Part shown: piece after piece, positions 1 to 11,070 of the stretch
Position numbering within the stretch: the first letter of the stretch is position 1
Layout of the letters: each line of letters opens with the position of its first letter
Origin: Octopus bimaculoides
Lineage: Eukaryota
DNA length: 35,765 bases
Assembly (NCBI RefSeq): GCF_001194135.2
Contig: NC_068981.1
Location: 61,481,566 to 61,517,330, forward strand
Direction: 5' to 3'
Made by a program: the position numbers and the translations under genes
Notes under the pieces: model-generated
The model's input: only the letters and a program-made list of their open reading frames with translations
The model's database searches: none
Told to the model about the DNA's origin: nothing

Positions 1-397
1 ATATTATATATATATGTATATATACAGGTTATATATATATATGGATACTTTCCACAGCCTTTGCGTTACGTTTCTTCCTCTTTCTTGATTGTCCTGGAAC
101 CTCTTTCTCTGTCTATTTCCCCCTCTCTTTGCTTTTCTTTCTCTCATTCCCATTCCGCCACACAAGAGAGCAAAAATATTTTCCCCTCTTCTAAGTAAAG
201 CGAAAAAAAAACATCAGAATCAAATAAATGAACAAGGGAACGCTTTGTCTCTATCATTTTGATTTTGTCTTGACAAGTTCAATAAATGAACGAAAGTGCT
301 AATATAGAATTATTGAAAATTCTGACAGCCTCCCTTTTCTCAATAAACACACACACACACACACACACATATGGATGTATATAAAATCGACAATTAA

Positions 398-690
398 TTA
401 CGACGACGAGGGTTACACATGATCCGAGAACAGCTTGCTCTCAAAATTGACGTGCAAATGACTACAGAGTACACCAGATACACGTGTAACCCTAACGTAG
501 TTCATAGGAACATACAACGTGACACAGAATGTGGCCAGGTTGACCATTAGAATTAAAGGCACCGCTCATTTTCGCTAATTGAGTGCAGTGGAGTAACGTG
601 AAATAAGTATGTTGCTCAAGGAAACAATGCGCCGCTAGTAAGCAAATTCACAATTTTACGATCCTGAGCAGAGTAGCATAACCGACTATT
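398..690 (-). mobile_element. tRNA-derived SINE (family 1), near full length, diverged
   Basis: The reverse strand has a degenerate tRNA-like head near 690-620 (...tgctcaggatcgtaaaattgtgaatttgcttactagcggcgcattgtttccttgagcaac...), then a central body, and ends in ...aaccctcgtcgtcgtaa at 398. This matches my recollection of an abundant octopus SINE; not database-checked. Confidence 0.7.
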
Positions 691-706
691 AAGAACATAC
701 ATACAT

Positions 707-708
<2 letters not shown>

Positions 709-753
<45 letters not shown>

Positions 754-760
754 TGTGTGT
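709..760. repeat. (GT)n microsatellite; a (CA)n tract also lies at 347-369
   Basis: Directly visible dinucleotide runs. Confidence 0.98.
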
Positions 761-789
761 GTTCATATATACACAATAATTGTACAACT

Positions 790-807
790 TGCATGAGGGT
801 TTATCTT
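790..807 (+). repeat. Left copy of an 18-bp direct repeat (putative target-site duplication) tgcatgagggtttatctt
   Basis: Identical 18-mer at 790-807 and 2033-2050. It extends to 23 bp with one mismatch (tattt vs cattt). Confidence 0.9.
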
Positions 808-2035
808 TATTTCTTTCCTGTTCAAGGCACAAGGCCTGAAATTTTCTTTTTCTCGCGTGATCGGGGCTGGTTATCCATTCAATACAGACTTATTAATGTC
901 CAATCGCATTGATGATACTGTCTTACGGTATTTGTTTTGCAAAATTCTATGAGTCTTATTTGAGACTTCATATACGTCATAATTGTTGTATTTCTCCGAA
1001 TGGTTATCTATTTTTTGTAGTCTTAATTAATTGAATATCTCTCATTAGCTCAGTATCTTTAGTAAATACAGCTTTTATGCCTTTTTCCTCTTTTTCTCTT
1101 CTGTCAGTCGTTTTTGGTCGTTGTTCTGTAGTAGTCGCCGCTGTAGGTTGAGTTGCTGATTGTATGAGCACCACGTCGTCTGTTTTCAGCGTTTCTACTG
1201 AATGTTTTTGTGCAATTTCTCTGTTGGTAAACCTTACTTCCACCGTACCAAATTTTCTGCCTCTTCTCACATAAACTACGTCACTCCAGATTGGCTTCAG
1301 GCACTTCTCTATCTTCTCTTCTGTAATTCTTTCAATTTTTCTTTTTTTCAAACAGTAAGTTTTAAATATTATTGTTTTTTGTTTTTCTTCTAGTAGTAAT
1401 TGCTCCGGTGGTTGTATTTTAACCACGATATCATTTATTTGCATCATTTCACTATATTTCATAAAATCACACTTATTCATCGAAAGCAGCCGGGTTCCTC
1501 CCCCAGCTACCAACGCAAAACTTTTTTTTTTCTTTTTATGATTTTTCAGTTTAGATGCTAGGTGCATCAATTATTCTTTTGGACACAATGCTTTTATTTT
1601 TTTGGCAAACTCGGGTATTCTTCTAGTGATAGTTCTGAGGAGCTTTCAGACACATCTCCAAATAACTCATACATTTTGTTATTCTTTGTTGCAACGGGGG
1701 AATCCATTATTTTTTTGCTCGTAGTTGTCTCCTCGCCAGACAACATGCAATTCTTCGCTTCGACAGGAAAAAAACAAACATCTCTCTTCCAACGGTAGGC
1801 CTCTCGCTAGACGATATTATTCCCCCCAACGGGTAAATGAACAACGCGTGCTTTCTCCAAGCACTTATTGTTTTCAAATGAAAACTCCATCAGTTACGAA
1901 ATTCACCAATTTAACAAAAACAGCAGTTATTATAAATAACACTAAGAAACAGCAATTTTCACCACGAACACATGTGCGAGGCATAAGAAACAAAAGAGAC
2001 AGACGAACAACCGCTAAGCATGTCACCCGGCGTGC
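808..2035 (-). mobile_element. Composite retroposon: SINE-like head + L1/Tx1-type ORF1 segment + SINE-like tail, bounded by a TSD
   Basis: The minus-strand 5' end gcacgccgggtgacatgcttagcggttgttcgtctgtct (2035-1997) and 3' end aaaatttcaggccttgtgcc (845-826) resemble the head and tail of an octopus CORE-type SINE as I recall it. The tail also resembles the SINE remnant at 33618-33636. The interior carries an ORF1-like frame. Confidence 0.6.
1004..1746 (-). pseudogene. L1/Tx1-like ORF1 (RRM-type RNA-binding domain), frameshifted and internally deleted
   Basis: ATG at 1746 gives MLSGEETTTSKK...EEYPSLPKK*. After a frameshift in an A-run, ORF 1004-1570 encodes TIIFKTY...IEKCLKPIWSDVVYVRRGRKFGTVEVRFTNREIAQKHSVETL (RNP-like FGTVEVRF, beta-alpha-beta pattern), then jumps to a T/K-rich low-complexity tail with no CCHC knuckle. 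Confidence 0.62.
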
Positions 2036-2050
2036 ATGAGGGTTTATCTT
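2033..2050 (+). repeat. Right copy of the 18-bp direct repeat (putative TSD)
   Basis: Identical to 790-807. Confidence 0.9.
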
Positions 2051-2359
2051 CATTTGTGAATTGATGTGTCGATTTCTGCTTGTAGGTAACTCAGGTGTCC
2101 GTTTCATATCTCGTAATATATTTATTAGATTTTTTTTATTTTTCAATATTCCTTTAGTTTTGCCTTAATCCAGTTTGACGAAACTAAACAACACTTATAG
2201 AATATTTTCAAAGTTTAGGCAACTTATATGGATAACTTCTAAAACATGACAATTTTCAAATATTTGACTTTAATTACAAACTTGAAACGCATAGAAATAT
2301 ATGTATGTGTGTGTGGTACGGTGAGTTGAACTGCATTTATGAATACATACATACATACA

Positions 2360-2880
2360 GATATATATATAAATACACACACACACACACACACACACAC
2401 TTATGTATATATATATNNNNNNNNNNNNNNNNNNNNNNNNNNNNNNNNNNNNNNNNNNNNNNNNNNNNNNNNNNNNNNNNNNNNNNNNNNNNNNNNNNNN
2501 NNNNNNNNNNNNNNNNNNNNNNNNNNNNNNNNNNNNNNNNNNNNNNNNNNNNNNNNNNNNNNNNNNNNNNNNNNNNNNNNNNNNNNNNNNNNNNNNNNNN
2601 NNNNNNNNNNNNNNNNNNNNNNNNNNNNNNNNNNNNNNNNNNNNNNNNNNNNNNNNNNNNNNNNNNNNNNNNNNNNNNNNNNNNNNNNNNNNNNNNNNNN
2701 NNNNNNNNNNNNNNNNNNNNNNNNNNNNNNNNNNNNNNNNNNNNNNNNNNNNNNNNNNNNNNNNNNNNNNNNNNNNNNNNNNNNNNNNNNNNNNNNNNNN
2801 NNNNNTATATATGTATATGTATATGTATATATAAATATATGTGTGTGTATATGCCTGTGTGCATATGTGTGCGCGCGCGA
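2360..2880. repeat. Compound (TA)n/(CA)n/(TG)n microsatellite spanning an assembly gap
   Basis: Visible dinucleotide runs on both sides of the N-run at approx. 2417-2806. Confidence 0.93.
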
Positions 2881-3299
2881 TGTATGCAGATATTATTTAT
2901 CTATCAGTCAATATATATTTATATATCTATACATACATGCCGGTATATGTTTGTCTGTGTGTGGCTGTCTGTTTGTGCATATAAATATACAAATGATATA
3001 GAGTTGTGTGTTATGGAATTATAACTTTGTGAATAGTTTGCCTACAATAATTAGTTTTAAAATAATAAGGTACATCGGAAGCCATGACCTTCAATGAGTA
3101 AATACAATGCGAGTGAAATCAAGTAGCGAATGGAATCTGAAACAAAGAAGAAAAAGCAAAGAAAGTTTTAATCCACAAATTATTATAGAAAATATTTCTA
3201 CATTAAAATGGAATGAACCAGCTTTCGAATTTTTGCTTCAATGTCAGTATTAACTAAAATATATACATTTTAGTATTGTATGTCCGTAAGGATGAGGAT

Positions 3300-5733
3300 G
3301 CAAGTCTTAATTGGTAGAGTATTGCACTCACGATCGCGAAATAGATTAAACAGACTTTTCGAACAAAATCGGAAACGAGTCTATCAGAAACTGTATGAGA
3401 AAGAAAAAAGTGAAAAAGCCGTACCGGATGCTGAAGAAGGTAAATGATTCTGGGCAAACATATGGTCTCTGGAAAAACAACACGAAACTGAAGCAGAATG
3501 GTTAAAGTCTCTTAGATAGGAGAGTGGGGAGTATCAGCGCAGGAAGATTTTAGTATTCCCGAAGAGATCATTAGAGAGCAGTGCAGGAGAATTCCTGACA
3601 AGAAAACGCCTGACCCAAATGGCGTTCAGTATTTTTGGCTTAAAATCTTGATAGATCTGCACAGGAGAATTTCGAGGCAGCTAGACGAAATACTGAGTAG
3701 TGACATCCAAGTACCAGCCTGGATGACAAAAGGAAGAACGGTACTATGCCAGAAGGACCCAAGTATGTGGAATGCGGTTGGAAATTTCCGAACAATATCT
3801 TGTTTGCCACAGATATGGAAACTCATGACGGCCATCATATCGAACAGCATCTTTAAGCACCTAGATGAGAACGACCTACTACCAATGGCACAAAAGGGAT
3901 GTAGACGCAAGAGCCGAGGATAATATTATCCTGCCTAGCTTCAAAAAAAGACACAAAAATTTGGAGATGTCATGGGTGCAATACAGGAAAGCATATGACA
4001 TGGTCACACACTCGTGGATTATTGAATGCCTTAAACTGCTTAAAGTCTCCAACAATATCCTGAAGTTAATACAAATTCAATGGCAACATGGCGAACTGAA
4101 CTCACAGCATGGGGAAATAAGCTGTAAGAGGTAAATATCAAAAGAGGAATCTTTCAAGGGAACAGTCTGTCGTCTCTCTTATTTGTTGTCTGCATACTGC
4201 CACTAACGAGCATTTTAGGAAAGATGCGTGTGGGGTACATGCTAGGCAGGGTGAAAGTAAACAACCTATGGTATATGGATGATCTAAAGCTATTTGCTAA
4301 GAGAGTGCAGATGAGTAGTAAATATATTGGCATGGAATTTGGGATCGACAAATGTGATTTAATGATTTTAAAGGGGGGGATCAGTAAAAGTCATGTGATC
4401 AAAGCTAGAAAGTGGCGAAACAATAAAAGAAGCCGGAGAGGAAGGATATAAGTACTTGAGTATCATTGAAAGATATGAGATGGATAAACACAAGATGAGA
4501 GAAATGTACAGGAAAAAGTATTTGAGGAGGACTCGGCTTGTGCTGCAATCGAAGCTAAATGACCGCTATAAGATTAGAGAAATTAACACATAGGCGGTTG
4601 CTTTGATGAGATATGGGGCAGGAATGTATCTTGGAAGAAGAATGAATTATAAGAGATAGACTGGAGAACACGTAAATTAATGACAATGAACAAGGAACTA
4701 CGACTCAAGAGTGACGTATCAAGAGTGTATGTAAAGTGTAAAGAAGGAGGTTGGAGATTGGTGTTGTGAAGATTATGTAAGGGAAGAGTAGAATAGCCTG
4801 GCATAGTATGTCAAGTGGAATAAAGAAGAAGTGACTGACGCATTGAAAATGCAAGGAACCTTAAAAGTGAATGAAGCCGTAGATCCAATCCTCTTTAAGA
4901 CCAGAGAGAGCAGATGAAGAAATTTTGGCAGGACAAGAAAATTCCCAGTCAAATCTTGAAGGAGAAAGATGAGATTGATTGGAATAAAACCTGGCAATGA
5001 CTGCAGAAAGGAGACTTAAAGGGCCTACTAAGGCATTAGTGTGCAGCGCTCAAGAACAAGCTCTGAGAACAAACTACTCCAAATATCACATTGATAAAAG
5101 CTCTGATTCGTTACAGTGTAGGATGTGCTCTGAGAATGGAGTAAGCATACGCAATATTGTTAGTGAGTGCTATAGGCTCGCACAACGCGAATACAAAGGA
5201 GACACGACAATGTGGCCAGAAATGCTCACTGGCTGCTGTGCGGTAAAGCAAACCTCGAGAGAGCCGAACAATGGTATGAACACAAACCAGAGGGAGTATT
5301 GGAAAGAAAAAAATTGCAAAATACTCTAAGATTTTAACATACAGTACGGCCAAGTCATAGAGTCGAGACGGTTAGATATCGTGGTTGCAAAACCAAGCGA
5401 TTCGAAGGTGAAATGTAAAGAAAGAGAAGAGAGTGAGAAATACCATCCACCCTGGGACGAGATAAGAAAGCTATGTGACATGAAGAAATTTATGGTGATA
5501 CCGGTGGCAATTGGAGCATTAGGAGCAGTTTCCATAAGTAAACTATTAAGCATATTGGAAAAGCTGTCAGATTCGAAGTGATCCAGAAGACAACATTCTT
5601 AGGCACAGCTTTCATTCTAAGGAGAGTATTGTCTCTGTGAGTTACAGAAGAAGGCACTACTTGAAACGTTTGATGATTTGTTATTGCCTGCTTTCAAGTA
5701 AAGAAGAACCGCAAATAAAACAGCGAGAAAACG

Positions 5734-5735
<2 letters not shown>
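3300..5735 (+). mobile_element. R4/Dong-clade non-LTR retrotransposon, 5'-truncated, decayed (element A)
   Basis: Colinear motifs across frameshifts: GRTVLCQKD..NFRTISCLP, QKGCRR, YRKAYDMV.HSW, IFQGNSLSSLLF, YMDDLKLF (4271-4294), AQEQALRTN..CRMC..IVSEC (CCHC knuckle), RHD-like motif, RLE motifs DFNIQ..RRLDIVV and VIPVAIGALG, C-terminus QKTTFLGTAFILRRVLSL*. A 3' UTR follows and ends in (AAT)n. Confidence 0.9.
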
Positions 5736-5822
<87 letters not shown>

Positions 5823-5849
5823 AAGAAGAAGAAGAAGAAGAAGAAGAAG
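5736..5849. repeat. Compound trinucleotide microsatellite (AAT)19(AAG)19
   Basis: Counted from sequence: AAT at 5736-5792, AAG at 5793-5849. Confidence 0.97.
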
Positions 5850-5850
5850 A

Positions 5851-7018
5851 AACGCACGCATCAGTGGTTACGAAGTTCAGGGCTAAAAGCAGAGAGTGAA
5901 GGTTTCATATTGGCTGCTCAAGTCCAAAGCTTATTAACACGAAACTACCAAGCCAATGTGATAAAAAATGGAGCTGACCCAAAATGCCGATTTTGTAACG
6001 ATGCGATTGAAAATATAGACCACCTAATCTCATGATGTAGAGTCTTAGCACCTGTAGAATATAAAGCAAGACATGACAGAGTTTGCCAGNNNNNNNNNNN
6101 NNNNNNNNNNNNNNNNNNNNNNNNNNNNNNNNNNNNNNNNNNNNNNNNNNNNNNNNNNNNNNNNNNNNNNNNNNNNNNNNNNNNNNNNNNNNNNNNNNNN
6201 NNNNNNNNNNNNNNNNNNNNNNNNNNNNNNNNNNNNNNNNNNNNNNNNNNNNNNNNNNNNNNNNNNNNNNNNNNNNNNNNNNNNNNNNNNNNNNNNNNNN
6301 NNNNNNNNNNNNNNNNNNNNNNNNNNNNNNNNNNNNNNNNNNNNNNNNNNNNNNNNNNNNNNNNNNNNNNNNNNNNNNNNNNNNNNNNNNNNNNNNNNNN
6401 NNNNNNNNNNNNNNNNNNNNNNNNNNNNNNNNNNNNNNNNNNNNNNNNNNNNNNNNNNNNNNNNNNNNNNNNNNNNNNNNNNNNNNNNNNNNNNNNNNNN
6501 NNNNNNNNNNNNNNNNNNNNNNNNNNNNNNNNNNNNNNNNNNNNNNNNNNNNNNNNNNNNNNNNNNNNNNNNNNNNNNNNNNNNNNNNNNNNNNNNNNNN
6601 NNNNNNNNNNNNNNNNNNNNNNNNNNNNNNNNNNNNNNNNNNNNNNNNNNNNNNNNNNNNNNNNNNNNNNNNNNNNNNNNNNNNNNNNNNNNNNNNNNNN
6701 NNNNNNNNNNNNNNNNNNNNNNNNNNNNNNNNNNNNNNNNNNNNNNNNNNNNNNNNNNNNNNNNNNNNNNNNNNNNNNNNNNNNNNNNNNNNNNNNNNNN
6801 NNNNNNNNTAAAATACTGTCTATGTTATCTCAAATTTTAAACCAAACACATAATGTTCTTATGGTTTCTTAAACATTCACTTGAACAAAACTGTACAAAT
6901 CCAAATATGTGGTACCCTATGCATAACACCTACATGAACTTCTAACTTGTTGTCTCTTGAGGTCTCTGGGTGAGACTTGGATCCAACTTGTACAAATGCA
7001 AAACAAAAGTCAAACATA
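5851..7018 (+). mobile_element. 5'-truncated R4/Dong-clade element of a second subfamily (element B); middle lies in a gap
   Basis: THQWLRSSGLKAESEGFILAAQVQSLLTRNY..CRFCNDAIENIDHLIS*C..YKARHDRV (knuckle + RHD). The 3' UTR at 6901-7018 ends in (TAA)n. Confidence 0.85.
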
Positions 7019-7044
7019 AAATAATAATAATAATAATGATGATG

Positions 7045-7079
<35 letters not shown>

Positions 7080-7148
7080 AATAATAATAATATTCAAAAA
7101 TAAGACTACTCGATAATAATAACAATAATAACAACAACAATAATAATG
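7019..7148. repeat. Degenerate (TAA)n tract with TGA/CAA variants
   Basis: Directly visible, with one short interruption. Confidence 0.93.
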
Positions 7149-7149
7149 A

Positions 7150-7364
7150 AAAGGAAAGAAATAGAAAAATGCCAGGTAGAGCTTCTACAGAAAGACTCTT
7201 TTTCTTAGGGACAGCAAGTATTAGCAGGAGGGTCCTAAGCACTTGACAGGCTGCTGAACACCTGTGGATACCTTAGATTACAGGTAGTAAGTGAGTAAGT
7301 GAGTACCCACTTAAATCCAACTAGGAATGCAGCCGAAACTGTGCCAAACCACGATAATAATAAT
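7150..7364 (+). mobile_element. Extreme 3' fragment of a third RLE-element subfamily (element E)
   Basis: QVELLQK..FLGTASISRRVLST* is homologous to the C-terminus of element A. It is followed by a different 3' UTR that ends in acgataataataat. Confidence 0.7.
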
Positions 7365-7389
7365 GCTGTTTTCCGTACTCACCACTAAG

Positions 7390-9440
7390 CGTTAACACAG
7401 AGTGGGGACGGTACTGAATAACATAATACAAAATACAATGGGGTTAAAACCTGTGAACAGACAAGTAACAAAAAACAAAATCTTTTCACTTAAAATCCCT
7501 ATCAGAGGGAAATTCCCATGGGCTGCTCGTGGAAATCACACAAAAGCACGACCGCGTTGATACTAGAGCAAGTGACATCTCATACCCATCTACCAGAAAT
7601 TTACAGGTACATATTTAGAGTAAGCACGTTCACTCAGACCATGCCTGTTACATTCCCCCACCTTTTAGAAAAAAGTTTGGGTGAACAGGACTTCTCTCAC
7701 CAGCCTCACTTACCTTTTCAAGTGAAATTTGAAAATGTTGGTAAGGGCTTCATCGAAGAGGAAGTGTCTGTCTTCAGCACTTTTACTCTGATCCCACACA
7801 TAATCGCTTTCGATAAGGCAAACAGACATAGAAACACTGCCTGCACTTCCTGGTTAATTGAAGACAGCGGGACGACCTCCATGATGGAAACTGATTATAG
7901 CCGGATCCGAACTAAATGTGACAGTAAGTTTCCGGCATAAATCCAAGTTAGTAATGCACGGGCAGCGGACACGAGCGTGCAGGAGAGTTTGTCGCTCTGC
8001 ATGCATCTCAGACAATCTCGGCTAACAGCAGTTCCATGCGTGTAAAGCTTACCCAGGACTGCCAATGATACACAGTAGTACTTCCAGACCAATGATTTCT
8101 GGAAATTATTTATAGACCCTAGCCTGGAAAAGACTAGCCAGTTGTTTCTCTTCGTGGCCAAGAGTCTCCATGAGAATTTCGTCGCACTCGCAAGACCCTA
8201 TTCAATGTTAAAATAGGACTTCCACCGACCGCATTGCCTGAATGTCAGAGGAGTGTGAATGCATGAAGATACTGTAAGTTACAGGCTCTCTTTGTCGACA
8301 GCCGTCAATCTTTGGTAACACCTTGAAAAATGTTTGAAGTTCTGCAGTATAACTGGTCAAAACATTTTCTATTTGATCCCGCTTTTTTGTGTCCTTTCTC
8401 AACAGTGTCACCTCTCCTCGACTTATGGAACTATCAATACCCTAGTTCTACTTTCCATAGCGGTAGATAGTTTCCCCTCAGTCAACTTTTGTTACTTCTT
8501 TTCTTAGAGCATGCACCTTAGTTCTGACAATGCAACCTTCGTGTTTAGCGTCGAAGAATTTGTCTTGTGAAGGACCAATCTCGCCGACAGTACGTCAGTT
8601 TCAATGACTTTCCTCATCGCCTCTTCTAATTTTCTGTGTTTCCTTCTATTTTGTTTCTTTCTCTCTCTAATACTTTACTAAATTTAATCAATTCTGCACT
8701 GATTGCTTGTTTTAGGGTGAATAACCATTTTCTACTGGCGACTTCACAAGTCAACACCTGCTTAATTAATTCTCTAATCCGATCTCCGGAAACTTGGCAC
8801 ACCGAGAGTGCGCGCCCAACTTCCAGCAACCGACTTTCTACCTTCTAAGTCTATTTAGGTCTACCGTGCAGGTTACACATTTCTGAACTGTGTAGTTTAT
8901 GATTTTGAAAGGTGAACAATTTATATTATCTTTATTTACTGGCCTAGATCAAACCTTGCCTACATGCTACATGGATGATCCAAAGCGATTTGTCCACGTC
9001 TACACCGACACATCCAAGAAATCGACTTGGTACCTGTCAGACAGTTGGAAATGACTGAACAGTTTTGTGTGGCTTTTGCTACCCACATCTGCTATCCGCT
9101 AGCGCAATACAGTCCATATATATCTCTATGACTGAGTTTCAATTGCTCTCTAACACTAAACGTCCGTACATTCTCCTGGAAATTTACTGACATCGAAAGA
9201 AACCATGTTGTCCTGTACCGACAGGTGCAGGAAAACTTCCTAGCCTTCGACATATGAGAAAAAAATCTTGCCGGACTTGAAAGGTGAAGTTGGCTCCAAT
9301 CATCCGTTGGTTGCTAAGGTTGTATACCTCACATATTTCGCTGCTATCAACTGAATTTCTCAGTGATCTTAAATATATATTTTATAAATTCATTAGGTCC
9401 ATCGGCTGATGTGACTATCAGAATTTCTCCTATAGGAAAT
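7390..9440 (-). mobile_element. L1/Tx1-clade ORF2 remnant: APE endonuclease, RT largely deleted, C-terminal Cys-rich domain and 3' UTR
   Basis: Minus-strand motifs: DNINCSPFKIINYTVQKCVTCTVDLNRLRR..GCWKL (end of APE, normally ..DH..G.WKLN), GCIVRTKVHAL (linker), GEVTLLRKD..DQIEN (start of RT), NNFQKSLVW..KLYTHG..VSRDCLRC (zf-RVT-like), FKFHLK..FSKRW. Stop at 7601-7603. Confidence 0.8.
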
Positions 9441-10666
9441 GAGGACAGCCATGACTCCGGACGGTAGCTAATACTATATAAAATACAACTGATTTAAAGT
9501 TGAAACCTCTTTCAATTGTTTTCCACTTTTTAATTATATTAAAGTGAAGCCTGCACTGATGTAGCTTTTATATTCCACTACTGTTACACATTGATTTTTC
9601 TACCATTGGTACTCAAATGTAAAAGTTGTATCTTTCTATTCTAAACAGGACACGAAGCTTTTATTGCTCAACTTCTTGCGATGCCTTAACGACGCTTCTA
9701 TCTCGATGTCTCAGTTGTTGAAATGTATCCGTGTATAAAAAATATATTTGTTGGAATTCTGTTATTCCATAGCAGCTGAAGATATTTATATTTATAATAT
9801 AATGCATGAGCTATATTGATGCCCTCCCAAATCTAAGATATATCCAGATTACAAATAGCAAAACACGTAATGTTATTGCAATAGAATAATAAGGGAAAAT
9901 TCGTCAATGAATCCTCAAATATAATCAAAACATTTTAACAAACGTTAGCATTTCAACATTTATCTTACAACAGATACAAATTTGAAATATTCTTCAAATA
10001 CAAGTTCGGACTTTCCGTTAAAACTTTTATGACATGTATAGAATGTACAGTAGAGCATTTTTTGAATAAGTGGAAATTGCAGATATTTCAAAATACATCC
10101 TGACAGAAAATTTGATACATTTTGTCTATAATTGAACAAAGTAAAATTGATATATTCTGAATAGATAAAAGAACATAACGTAGATAAGAAGACAACCATT
10201 ACTAGGAAAATACCACTGAGTAAATATATTCAGAAATTATTGAGAACATCACATTCAATATGATTCTCTTTTATGAATGTTCAAATTGTCACCCGAAGAA
10301 CACTCTTGAAACATACATTCACATTAAAAGAGAAAGGATGGGGTTTTATCAGGAAATTAACGTTCAAATGTAGTACATAACGACGACCTTTGAAGACACA
10401 GAAATTACAGACTTGTTTCGCAAAACAAAAAGTATAAACATCGAACATTTAAATCGGGAATTATCTATAAAACATGATTCAAACAACAAACAACAAACTG
10501 TGTTCATATTTAAATTAATGTATTCCAACCGATTTTATATTTACTGATAGTGTGGTTTCTTTTTATTAATAAACAGTATTTCATTTTACTGACAGTAATC
10601 TTTTGTCAATTTATCAATATATTTATCATACACTTCCAATCATTTTTTCTATAATGTTGCTTATAT

Positions 10667-10703
<37 letters not shown>

Positions 10704-11070
10704 ACATATATATATGTGTGTTTTGTGTGCGTTTGTGCACGTGCGATTTCAGTTTTCTAGTATATGTGTATGTCTATATGTATATGTTTGCATCTATGCA
10801 TATCTATATAACCTTTTATAACTAATTTCTATTCCACAATATTGTTTCATATACATCACATTTCAATATGTTCTTGATTTTAGTTAAAGCAATATAATAA
10901 CCCGAAAGTATTTATAATATTTGAAACGAAAACAGGTTTAATTTGGTGGTATTGGCGAAGGAGATTAATTTGAACGGCTAAACATACACAGCGCAAAAAT
11001 CCGAGGGGAGTATTTATGTGTATGTAATTATCAGAAGAAGCGTATATACATTCATATCGTCTTGTTTTCT

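Noticed and set aside
2305-3024. Long ORFs here and at 6073-6840, 22061-22618, 28091-28722, 29231-29576 and 33046-33392
   Set aside because: They are open only because they read through N-gaps and dinucleotide repeats.
7518-7940. 140-aa plus-strand ORF and similar antisense ORFs over LINE remnants
   Set aside because: Shadow frames. The recognisable motifs are on the opposite strand.
9445-9770. Possible Tc1/mariner-derived remnant
   Set aside because: No paired TIRs or transposase motif could be read.
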